From Oikopleura dioica (taxonomy: Eukaryota; Animalia; Chordata), in NCBI GenBank assembly GCA_907165135.1, contig OU015566.1, positions 2,170,001 to 2,234,000 of the forward strand: a stretch of 64,000 nt of DNA, in the 5' to 3' direction. A model generated the notes under the pieces. That model saw nothing but the letters and a program-made list of their open reading frames with translations, did no database searches and was not told the DNA's origin. A program made the translations under genes and the position numbers. Positions 49,101 to 60,301 of the stretch are shown here, in pieces (the stretch's first letter is position 1; every line of letters starts with the position of its first letter).

Positions 49101-50179
49101 CTTCAGAGCCAGCACTTTCTGCTGGCATAATGTCCCAATCGATTTTGCCGTCTTTTTCGAGCGACTCGACCATTTGGTCCAACCACTAAAGCATTTGAAA
49201 ACGTAAATTAATTTTTTCCTTACTTGACCGTAATAAGCAAAGTTGGATAGTTGAATGGAAAATTGAACTTTCATGATTTTATCAATCGAAACAATCTTGA
49301 AGTTTTCCTCTACCCATTTTTCCGCTTCACTGTTGAAGAAATTCGCGACAATCTCTTTGAAATAATCTGTACATCCCATTTTCAAAAACTCTGTTAAAAA
49401 AGACGCACTCTCTTATGCAGGGTGAGATCAATGATGAATAGACCGGAAATGAAGGAGTCTACAATCTCTCAATTTTCTCGCCTCAAAATTTGTTTCAGGC
49501 GCCCGTGGTCTTTGATCTTCTGAGTTCGGAAGCAAGCATGGAACATCTTTACAAAAGTCTTGGGGGCTGGACATATGCATTTTTCGATTACTGGTATCAC
49601 AAAGGTACTCTTTACGTACAAATAATTTTCGTATTTTTATTTTCAAAGTTACGCGAAATTTTGGCTCTGATGGACTCCGTGCCAGTTTGAAAGTCCTTGA
49701 TCCGCTGGAATACAAAGATCGTTATGCAGAAAACATTGTTACTTACGTCGTCAATGCTGCTAATGATGAGTTCTTTTCCCTGACTGGGCCGTTGAACTAC
49801 TGGGAGAAGTTGGGCGGAAAGAAACTTTTGCGAATATTGCCTGATCAGCCGCATGGTGGAGTTTGGGGAGGATGGGATAGGGAGGAGGAAAATATCGGTA
49901 GAAGTAAGACTGTCTTCCTTGATTTCCAAAGTCGTTCATTTTTCTTTTCGTTCAGAAATCACGAGAACGAAAATAAGCGATGTTGGCGACATGGCAGAGA
50001 TCCAGCAAGATCGCTTGTGGACATCTCTAGAAGCCCTCTTCCCGGCTGTTCTATCCGCTCCCGAGAGCATCCCATCAATCGATACAAATTTCAACGAATT
50101 CGCCGGAGAAATGAAACTGACCGCGAAATCTTCTCTCGCGCCTGAAGCAGTTCGGACTTACTCCAGGAATGATTTCTAG
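46193..50179 (+). CDS. Membrane-anchored fusion: degenerate M14 carboxypeptidase-like domain + PqaA/AprA (PhoPQ-related) hydrolase domain
   Basis: N-terminal TM; M14-like motifs (NPHGY...NWTKNR...CFGTKIRQNF...DPCSEDFVG). One open frame 47015-47620 runs into PqaA motifs (NMTSLQWLD...WTHSVYLIVP). Then GASKRGWTCW, APVVFDLL...HLYKSLGGWTYAF, DPLEY...NAANDEFF...YW...LLRILPDQPH. Confidence 0.75.
48145..49379 (-). CDS. Lipase class 3 family protein, nested antisense in an intron of the PqaA-like gene
   Basis: VAVAGT...DLVQDL...FVHSGFYECF...ILIVGHSLGGAVASL...VVSVASPKIGNKAF...DLIVDFP...SHKSHDYL. Confidence 0.88.
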
Positions 50180-50226
50180 GGCTCTTTGAAAATTATGATT
50201 TTCCCCCATAAAATGAATCATTGATA

Positions 50227-50657
50227 GGGGGTGCACAGTGGGAAAATCGGTAAATTTAAAAGTTTTTTAATCTATATTATAACCCCTCAAGAAGATCCGC
50301 ATTCATCTAAGGATCATTTTATTTCATTACGAGAAACCCAAAAAAGCACATGATCACCCCTAAAATCACGTGACAAGGGTTGATTCAACATACTTTTGCC
50401 TGTAGAAAAAAAGTGCCAAAAGGTTACCTCGTAATTTTCCAGCATATAAAAGAGCAAATCAAGCGCTTATGCATAAAAACCCTAATATATATCGGGTTTT
50501 AGAAAAATCGCATTTTGGCCTCAGGTGACCTCAGGTGACCTTTGATGACCCCAAGTCGCATGTTAAAATGATCAGTGGATCTTAGGCTTTCCATCGATGT
50601 ATCATTCATCCCTATAAGAGGATGATAAAAAAATCGATTTTCCCACTGTGCACCCCC
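50227..50657. mobile_element. MITE with TA TSD and ~23-bp TIRs
   Basis: TA-GGGGGTGCACAGTGGGAAAATCG ... CGATTTTCCCACTGTGCACCCCC-TA. Confidence 0.85.
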
Positions 50658-50700
50658 TAATCATTGAAGAAATACTTTTAATAATAAACGAGATTGGAGG

Positions 50701-51985
50701 ATGAGATTTTACAATGGATCTGAAATCTGCGATCTTTCGCAAATCGGCGACTTGCAAATTCAGATCGATGAGGTGAAAATTTTCATCATATTTTTTCTAA
50801 TTTTTCGATGAAGACAACTTTCGATCGAGTTGAAGGAATTCCCGACCGAGAGCAAGTACTGACCCTTTCATCGACCGAAGAAAATATTTGGCACAGTGGC
50901 TTTATTGATTTCGAATTTTTGCTCGATGGCCGAAAAGTAAATCTATATGTTTTGGAAAAATTGAAATTAACGGCGGTTTAGTTTGTTGCATCTAGTCTTC
51001 CAGGAGTAACCCCATCAGATAAATGGGCCTCCGAAATGTGCACAACTCCGGATGAATGCGAAGGATGTTTGGTTTGAGGAAAACTCTCTTTATTCTGACT
51101 GTACTTCAATAAAAAACTAACTGACGAATTGGAAGTTTGAAAAAATCTGCAGCGTGTGCTTTTGATTGAGTTTTACGAGTGCTTCCCTGTCGGGGTACTA
51201 TTTATTCAGCGCGAGATCGGATCCGTATTCTGAGTTATTCAAACGGATTAAACACGCGCTAATCGAGAATTCTGATGCTACAACTTCCCACAAATGCTCA
51301 CTCCGAATAAGTCCTTTGTCAATTCATGCGCTCATGAGAAACAGCAAAAACAGAAGGCGGCTCAGTTACGGATATACAAACCGACTTTCAATTTTTTAAA
51401 GAGAAAAGGGTAAAAATGATTTTGGCGCAAAATTTTTCCATTACAATTTCACCAAACGGGAGTGTTCTTGTCGATCCGGAAATCGAGATTGATTCAACTA
51501 AGTGCATCATCTGCATCGGCGCGCAGAAGAAATATCTCCAGCCGCAGTTGATTGAAGATGCTCTTAGGAATTGGTCCTTCAGTCAAATGTACAAAGCGCC
51601 CATTATCGAGATTCCTCAAATATAGGAACGCGATACTGTCAGGCGAAATATCGTAATCGGCGAATAAATAATGTACATAAAGATAAGGAACCAAGATTCA
51701 AGAAACATCCTTCTACTTGACCTTGAGATCTCTCCCCTTGGATTCGCGCTGGCTTGGATACCCCTGAGTGATTTCATAAAAATGTTCAAAAACGGCGTCG
51801 GACCGCATTCGATCACGCTCGAACATCAAGAAAGGTACGATTTTTCGATCATAAATATGTTTTATGGACATTTTTTCTAGCGTCGCTGTTCTGATCCCCT
51901 CGACGAAGTCAGACCATTTTCTGATCCGCCCATACACGATTTTCAAAAAAGGAAGTGTTCGTTCAAAAAGTTCAAATCCAATGCC
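50701..51985 (+). CDS. Uncharacterised multi-exon gene (boundaries uncertain)
   Basis: Chain of short open exons with GT/AG boundaries (e.g. EGIPDREQVL, MCTTPDECEGC, ORFs 51166, 51416, 51671); no family recognised. Confidence 0.35.
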
Positions 51986-52427
51986 GGCTAATAAATAATA
52001 AAGAAAAAAGTAATTTATCAGCAGTCATTAGCTCGAAAAAAACATATTGGACGCGTGATGCATGAAACGGTTTTGACTCGAAAATGGGTGTCGTGATTTT
52101 TCTGTGCGAATAATAATGCAAAGAAGAGGTTTTCTTAAGAATAGGAGGAACAGGAGAAGTTCATCTGCCCCCAACCAGAGAAAAAGCTTTGGAGGAAAGA
52201 AGATTTCTTTTCCAAAAAACCGTTTTAGCACGCCTCATAATCGATTGCTTATCTTTTTGAGTGCATCCTAGAATTAAATCCCTTGCAAAACATATTGAGA
52301 TTACAATATGAATATGCAGGAAGATCCGATAAGTCAGCTAATTTGAATAATCTATTTTCGCACATATTTAAGAGCTTTCCTTTGTTCATTTCTTGAAAAA
52401 ATCTCAAAAAAAAAATATTTTTTTAGA

Positions 52428-52676
52428 ATGAAAATTCTTGTTCTAGCGATTTTTGTCGCAGAGACTTTTGGCTTCAGCATCCCATTTAGTAAGTCCAAGG
52501 CCATTTCGCTTGCGAAAACCAAAATTTAAGGCTCTGCGCAACATAATATCTACAACGAGAATTTCCTTCCAATCGAAAATGAAGTAAAAAGAAACTTCTT
52601 TGGAAAATATTTAAACGCGATGGACGACGAAAACGATTTCTACAAGCAGTTTCTTAACAATCTTTCTTTCAAATAA
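52428..52676 (+). CDS. Small secreted peptide precursor (~68 aa, 2 exons)
   Basis: MKILVLAIFVAETFG signal; a GT-AG intron restores the frame to SSAQHNIYNENFLPIENEVKRNFFGKYLNAMDDENDFYKQFLNNLSFK*. Confidence 0.65.
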
Positions 52677-52867
52677 AATTATATTCTTCTCTCAAAAATT
52701 GATTACGTTTTCGTTTATCATTCAACATATATGTTCGGCAGAGTAATTTCACAGCTGAGCGACTTGTATCGCCAAGAACCGTAAACGCGGCGCTAGGTTG
52801 TTAGTACTTTTGTGAACATAAATCGTTAAAACAGAGTTTTTCTGAAGAGGATTTTTGGCTAGAGAAG

Positions 52868-54732
52868 ATGAGGGTAGTTTTTTCGAGCTTTTTGCTCGTT
52901 GAAATATGGGCTTGTTTCCCGGGCTTTTTCTCAAGACCACCAGTGAATGAAAGGCCAAGACCAACGCCAATTTACAGGACCACTACCACTCTTTCCATTG
53001 GAGATGGATGTGATCCGAAAAGAATCTGCGACCGATTCGGCTGTAAAACTGGATGCCCGATGATTCACGATTATGTATGTCACCGACAATGCCTCGATCG
53101 ACTTCAGCACTCCCGTTGTCAGAAATATGGAGACTGCTTTGTAAGAATGGAAAATATTTTGTAAAAATAATTCATAATCTAAGGAGCCGACAAAGAAGAC
53201 AACAACAACAAAATTATCTACAACAACAACTTCTTACTCAATAAATATTACTCGAAGAACTCGTCCATCTACAAGTGCGATTTATACATCAATTATTCCT
53301 GTTGACTCAACTCAGACTTCAGAAGCTACAACAACGATTCCTGACAATCCAAGAGGTTTTTACAATTTGGTCATTTTTTGTTAAAAAATTTTAAGATGAG
53401 CCGATACAAAGCACAATTAATACTTCGACCGACGCTGTTGAATCAAGTTTGTCTCGTCAAAGTTTCAAGTTATTCATCACTTTAGGAACAACAATCGTCT
53501 CTTCAACAACACAAGCATCAAAATCGACGACATCAGCGACAACCACAGAAAAATCAATAACCACAACATCCATTCCAAGAACGACTTCCACAACCACTAC
53601 CACAACTACAACAACAACATCTTCTACAACGAGCACTACAAGGACTACGACCTCAACCACTACAACAAGTACAACCACAACTACAACGTCCACTACGACA
53701 AGCACTACGACAACATCAACAACAACCACTACAACAACAACAACATCAACTACAACTTCTACAATCTTACCAACAAGCACTTCATCGACTTCCGCATCAA
53801 CAATGTCGGAAACACCATCCTCAACAGAATCAATTATTGAGTCCACGACATCTGCAGAGACGACCCCAACTCAACAATCTTCAACAGCGGCATTGTCATC
53901 ACAATCGTTTTCACAGCCAGCTTCTTCGACTTCACAGCCAGCTTCTACGACTTCAGCAAGTTTTTCTACATCAGCTTCAACAACTGAAACGTCATTGCGA
54001 CTCGAAGCCAAGCAAAATCGGGATCCAACACCGAAAACACTTCGAGAAACGACAACAACGACAACAGAGACACCCACAATGTCTGCAAATTCAGAGTTTC
54101 CTACGACAACATCTTTTGAAGAAACAGCGGGTACAACTGAGGCTCTAACAACCTCCGCGGCCACATCAAACGCAGCTCAAAGTTCAACTACAAGTTCAGC
54201 AGCATCTTCAACATCAACATCAACAGCTACAACAACAACAACAACTACAACAACAACTACAACAACAACGACAACTTCAACTACAACCTCTACAACAACA
54301 ACAACGACCGAGATTCAAGCAACAACATCCATTGCAGAAACATCAACGACAACAGCTCCTCCTACATCAACAACAGTTTCAACAGCATCAACTTCTGCAG
54401 CGACAACTACCGCGGAACAAACAACTACTTCAACAGCAGAGTCAACAACATCGACAACGGAGGAACAAACTTCGACAACAGCGCAACAGACATCAATGTC
54501 GACATCAGCTGCGGAAACAACAATCACAACGTCAACAGCAGCATCAACTACCGAGCAAACCTCAACAACTGTTCAAACAACTGAAGAAACAACCGAGTTA
54601 ACAACATCTTCTGCCGCGCAGACATCATCGACCGTTGGTTCTACAGGTAAATCTTAGCAAGATTCTTCTGTCTGATTACAAAACCTAGCATCATCAACCA
54701 CCGCGTCTTCAACCATGTCAACATCGACATAA
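52868..54732 (+). CDS. Secreted mucin-like protein (Cys-rich N-terminal module + long Thr/Ser tract)
   Basis: Signal MRVVFSSFLLVEIWA, Cys-rich CDPKRICDRFGCKTGCPMIHDYVCHRQC...RCQKYGDC, ~400-aa Thr/Ser ORF 53449-54657, stop 54730-54732. Confidence 0.8.
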
Positions 54733-54827
54733 TTCAAGCAGACATAGAAAACGTACTTCAAATTATCTTTAATTTTTTTTTTCATTGATTTTATTGAGAA
54801 TAAATGTTGGGTAAAAACATGTTTATT

Positions 54828-57127
54828 TTACTTTTCCGGAGCAGGCTCGCAGATATTGTAACCGAGGTTTTTCTGCTGAATCTCCTTGATTTTCTCGTTC
54901 CATGGGTTGACTTCGCCAAAGGCTTCAGGGTAGTCCTCCAAAATTTGATTCCAGAACATCTCAGCGGTCAGAACCATTGAAGTTTGACTTGGAAAAGACA
55001 ATCAAAAAATGACAAAAAGCTTCTCACCTTGGATGGAAACCATCAACCAATTCAATCAGATGCCATCCTTCTCCGCCTTCGGATATCCACTTCTCAATGC
55101 TCTCCTCAATGTCAAACGGATAGTAAAGAGCCTTGAAATTGCTGTAGTCCGATTGCTGAATCACCGACTCGGCAACATCAGAAAGCATCATTGCGTGATC
55201 AGTAGTAATTTCTCGGAGAGTTTCATTCTTCGTCATCCAGCCCATGCAAGGAGAAATTTGAAGGCATTCGAGGTACTCATAAATGTCGGGATAAGTCATG
55301 TCCTGTCGATATTCTCCCAAAGGATGAGTTTTTTCATGCATCAGATCCCACAAAACGGAGCCATTTGCAAGACCAGTCATGACGACAGTAGATCCTTCTG
55401 GCAGGATAGTGTTGAGATAATCGAGTGTTTCGATGGTTTTCTCCTCGAATTTTTCAGCAGAGGTGAAGCTGTTTTCTGTTGGAATTCGACCATTGCAAAC
55501 ATCGTTTCCGATAAGAGAGAGGAAGACGACCATCCTGTTGTCTGTTGGCTTTCGGCTCAAACCCTTGACGATTTTGTCGGCCATGGAGGTGATTCTAGCG
55601 CCGTTATTGGCCTTTTTGAGAGTTTTTTAAGCAATGTTATTATTCATTTCATACAGTGGTATGAGCGGTTTCCGCACCCCTATTTTTCGCCTTTAAAAAT
55701 TCATATCTTTCGATTCAGATATGATATTCGATTTCTGTTTCCAGTAATGAAATTTTCACGCCATTTTCTACTAGGGAAAAATACAATAAATAGAGTTTTT
55801 TGAAATTAATTGTGTAATTTTAAAAAATCGTAGGGGTGCGGCAACCGCTCATACCACTGTAAGACAATCTCAGCTCTTTCCTGATTTTGGTAGTCATTCA
55901 ATCCACATCGGTTTCTCTCAACAAGTCTTTTGTAAATCGAATCCATCTGAATATCAGAATAAGACTTGATATCATCCATCCAGCAATTATCCGAATGTCC
56001 AGTTGCCCAGGAAAGTTGAGGCCAATCCAACTCATTCGTCAAAAGCATGAAAAGGTTCTTGAAAGTGTTTTCATTGAACTCAGTCGGGCGGAACCAGGAT
56101 GGAGGGAGGGAGAAATGCGCGCTGGCTGAGTCACCGAGAATAGCGACTCCGACGGGTGGGTAGTTGTCGCAGTAGAGTCGTTCGTAGGCGATACCGTGCT
56201 CGTCGACACCGTAGATTCCGTTGGAATTGTGATCGATGACGCGATCTTCGTTAACTGGCTTTTGACCGGGGTAGATGTCGCCGTCAAGCGGGCTAGATTC
56301 GGATTTGTCAAAAATCGAATTCTCAAAAATTCTCTTCCTTGATTTCAAGATGTCAAAATCCGTTCCTTGTATCCTCTCCACGCCACCATTTTCCCCGAAG
56401 GCCTTCAGTATCCCCAGAGAATCCATCGCGATCTGGGTCAATGAGAGGCTTGTGTTGCTCTCCGAAATCAATCAAAATGTGGTCCATGATTTCTTCAAGA
56501 GTAATTTTCGATTCCTTCAGGAATTCTGCATTGATCAACTCGGAGAATTCTTCAAATCGACCTTGACGGAGGAACTTTGATCCTAAGAGGGTTTCATTCC
56601 GATATTTTTTTAATCTAGAATCTAGATATAATTTTTTTCAACCCCTTTCCTTCTCGAATCTCAGGTCGTCCAGTCCAAAGCGGGCAGTGCTCCATCGGGT
56701 CCGATTCCGCATACCTTGGCAGGTCAAAAGCCGAGCAAGTCCTGTGCCCAGTACTAACGTAACAAGCGCCAATACAGTAGCACATCGTATCAACCGTATG
56801 CACATTTGGACGTCGCTGAATCTCATTCACCATTCGCCCGAAAAGCTCCTCAGCAAGGCCGCCGATCACAGTAATATCTACAGGCAGGAAACCGACAATG
56901 TCTCGGGTCGCTTCGAATCCATCTTTTCCATGGAAATCGGCGTACTGCTCGATCCAGGAAGTGAGGATACTGCAGGCGGCGCAAAGACCTCCTCCATTTT
57001 TATCCGCCGCCGCGAGGGCTTAAAATAGAAAAATAATAATTTTTTTTTTACAAATTTTAAAAGAAATTTCAGGAAAAAAACTCCCTTGAAACTTACCGAG
57101 GAAAGAGAAAAACTTAAAAACTCTCAT
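54828..57127 (-). CDS. AOAH: Acyloxyacyl hydrolase (LPS-deacylating SGNH lipase)
   Basis: Signal MRVFKFFSFLALAAA, saposin-B-like region (CAACSIL...CYCIGAC), DRDGDGFS-like calcium motif (DPDRDGFS), catalytic ILGDSASAHF, SLIGNDVCNG, CLQISPCMGWM, ELVDGFHP. Confidence 0.93.
55654..55859. mobile_element. Tc1/mariner-type MITE in an AOAH intron
   Basis: TA-CAGTGGTATGAGCGGTTTCCGCACCCCTA ... TAGGGGTGCGGCAACCGCTCATACCACTG-TA. Confidence 0.9.
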
Positions 57128-58504
57128 TCTGAGCGTCTGCTTCCGGCATCACAAGACTCATTTTTCAACATTTGCTACTTTCTCACCGGGCCCGAATAAA
57201 GAACACAAAATTTACGTAAGGAATTGGTCAGCATTTCGCGACGAAGGAATTCCAAAATGCCAAAAATGATGAAAAAATACGTTTTGGAATAAAACCCAAG
57301 GGACTCGTGAAACACTTCATGTTTAGATAGATAATGTAAACCCCGACGTATCTCAAATTCCAAGACCTTCCGAGGTTATTACAAATATGCCCGAAGCTGA
57401 CGTTTACCAAGTTTTCTCCGGGCTACGTTGAGCTATTATGTTTTTTTTTCCTTTTTCAAAAATTTAATTGTCGGCGCGAATTTTTCGTCGAAAACGATCA
57501 GTTGACTCTGGCACGAGGGCCTTAAAATATTGTTTTCTAAAGTGGGCAACGTTGGCGTGAAGATTGTCAGGGAAGAAACCGGCGATTAGTGCGGACGATA
57601 TTGGTAAGAGCATTGGATTTTTCTTTCAACACGTGATTATCTTTTCATTTCTAAAAAACGATCCAAAGTTTTCGCGGAGAATTTTTGTGACAAAAATTTG
57701 GGTAATGATAAAACTCGATTTTTCTTGATCGGTTTGGTCCTCAATAAGCTTGAACAAATGTACCGCGATGCATATTTATCTACGTAACCAAGCTTCTTGA
57801 TTTAGAAAAAGGGGATCCTTCGCTTTTTAGACGACCTTTTTTCTTTGAGCTTTTTCACGAATTTTTGTTTTTTTTTTTTGAAAATAATTATTCATTAATT
57901 TAATTATTTATGAAAATTTTATTATTACACAAACACTTTAATAATCATTAAATTATTTTTGAATAAACAATGAAACAAATGATTATTTTTAAAATTTAAT
58001 AAATAAATAATATAATTGTGAATTTCTTAACAAGCATTTTTTTGTAATGAAAATCGCAGCAAACAGGACCAACACTAATTTTTAGAAAGTCACTGCCAAG
58101 ACTTACTCGGGAAATTAACGATACCTTATCTTTTGCATCTTCGTGTTTACTCCCCTTCCAAATTTATTTAGAGAAAAAGGAAGACCCCTATTCGGAATAG
58201 GCTATTCCTGTTGATTTCTAATTAAAAAACGTGAGATCTTCGAGTGATCAGATTCTTACAAGATTTTAATCGCGCTCTACGAAGTTTACGGAAGAAGCGC
58301 CGCCCATGTACCTTCTCAAGTGGGAAGCGCCTTTGAAGCGATTTTTAGAAAGAAAAAACACTTGATAGAATTCGCCAGGTGTCATATCGGCCTTCCTTAT
58401 CGAAAAACGCGTTCGGTATATTCCACGGATTAATCGTTGCGTCATCTTCAATTTTCTAGAGTTCAAAAAACGCAACTACCAGGCAATGTTCGTTTCAGGC
58501 TGAT

Positions 58505-58701
58505 TTAAGGATCCCCCTTCAAGTTGGACTGCCTTTCTCAAACAGCGATTTCGGATTGATCCCCTTAAGAATTTCATCCCTGTCCTGATTACCAAAACCT
58601 GTGCGGAAACCCTGAGTCAGGAAAAAAAATCGAAAATCTTAAAGGTATCAATCCGAAATCACTGTTTGAAAAATCAGTCAAAATCGAGGAGGGATCCTTA
58701 A
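58505..58701. mobile_element. Small TTAA-bounded element with imperfect ~65-bp TIRs
   Basis: 58505-58569 is an approximate reverse complement of 58637-58701; a related arm occurs at 63777-63841. Confidence 0.65.
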
Positions 58702-59625
58702 TTCAAATCGAAAATTTTCGGAAATTTTTCCGACTCAGGGTTTTTTGCACATGTTTCGGTAATCAGGTCATAGATGAAAATCTACATGAGTAGCACTTTT
58801 TAATTAGCCAGAATTCTATCTTCTCTTGTGACCCCGTTTTTAACTCAAAATAAATCAAATTGAACTAAAGGCGAAAAGGATTATTTTCATTTTCGCGGTT
58901 TTTAATCTCAAACAACCATTATTGAACGACGCATTTTTCAATAATCTCATACTCGAATCACTTAGCGACCGAGTTTCATTAAAATGAGGGAAATAGACAA
59001 AACGGAGCTGGATTTGTTTTGGTACCCGCAGATATATTTTTCCCAAAACGCCATCTAAGCGGCTAAAAGCTTAATTTCGAATTTGATTTCGGCAGAAATA
59101 TTGGAATAGGCCGGAAATCGTTTAACATTGATTAAACTCAATTAGCTATTTTATTGCTTCCGCTAAATATAACAGGTCGCAAACCAAGTGGAGTTTTGTC
59201 CAATTCGATGGCTTATCTGTCTTTTTTATGTTCTACAATTGTTGGTTGAACAAAACTTATCATGAGAACACGAAGATTTGGCTGGAAGAATTTTTTGGCA
59301 TTGGATAATTTCACGTTTTTCCAAATAAAATTAGCCGTTTTTGTTTTTTTCAAAAATTTGAACTAAAATTTTCAAATTTATGAAAAATGAAATTGGCTTT
59401 CTTTGCTACAGAATAAATTAAAGCAGTGAATTCAATGTGGCAGAATAAACTTTTGAGCTGTGTGTTTGGGTTTAAATTTATTTTCGGAGAAAAGTGAAAA
59501 GCGGATTAGTGACGAACATGAAGAGCGCGTTTCCTGGACGTGTCGCGCGTCAAACGGTTAAACAAGAAAAGAAACGCGTCGACGGAGAGAATCAGCTGAG
59601 AAAACCGAGTCTTCAGATTCCATGT

Positions 59626-60301
59626 TCAATCAGACGCAGACAGCTCTCCAATCAAGTAGTCGTCAAGTTCTTCTATCGCCGATTCTGAATGACCTGAAAA
59701 TAATTCATTTGAAGGAGAAATTCTAGAGCAAAAAATTTATCGCTATCTTGGCACTCGGAAAAACGGAGGTAGACGAAAAACAAAACAGCACGGAAAAAAA
59801 AAGAAAAAGAAAAGTGGAGAAATTCCTGCTCCGGAAGTGGCGAAAATATCTACAAGTCCCAAAAGGAGATATTCTCTTGTCGAAGAATTCCGAATTTGTG
59901 GATAATGGAACCCTTAGATAAGCGAGTTCTTGTTTTTCTTTCTCTATGAAGTTCAAATTCCATTCTTGGCAATTCTTTCAGCAGGGTGGTCCTCCGGGGT
60001 CCTCCAAGGGCTCACGAAAATCACCGGTACCTCTAAATCGACCAATAACCGAGTGAAAATCTTCCGTAGAATCAAATTTCTTCTTTACGCTTCTCATGAT
60101 TATACTGGCTCCTCCAGGATGATTTCTGATATACTTGCTGACATCGTAAACTTTTCCGTCAATCAAAAGCTCCAAAATGGATTCTCAACGATTTTCGATA
60201 TTTCGCTCGCACGTGGCGGTTAATGAAAAGCGAGAACCCCCTTCCCAAAGGTCATTAATATTTCGGTGTTGCGAAATCTCTTCTCTGCCAATTTTTCTCA
60301 T
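59626..60301 (-). CDS. Soluble cytochrome b5 (~83 aa, 3 exons)
   Basis: MRKIGREEISQHRNINDLW|LLIDGKVYDVSKYIRNHPGG...STEDFHSVI|GHSESAIEELDDYLIGELSASD*; both heme-ligand motifs (HPGG, GHS) present. Confidence 0.88.

Noticed and set aside
53457-54527. Val-rich minus-strand and Gln-rich alternate-frame ORFs
   Set aside because: By-products of ACA/ACT codon repeats in the mucin
55009-55803. 264-aa plus-strand ORF
   Set aside because: Antisense shadow of AOAH, running through an intron and a MITE
57200-59400. Scattered exon-like fragments on both strands
   Set aside because: Could not be assembled into a supported gene model or family
59790-59880. ATSGAGISP resembling the NAD-binding GGTGITP motif of cytochrome b5 reductase
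   Set aside because: Lies inside intron 2 of the cytochrome b5 gene with no FAD-binding domain or extended frame
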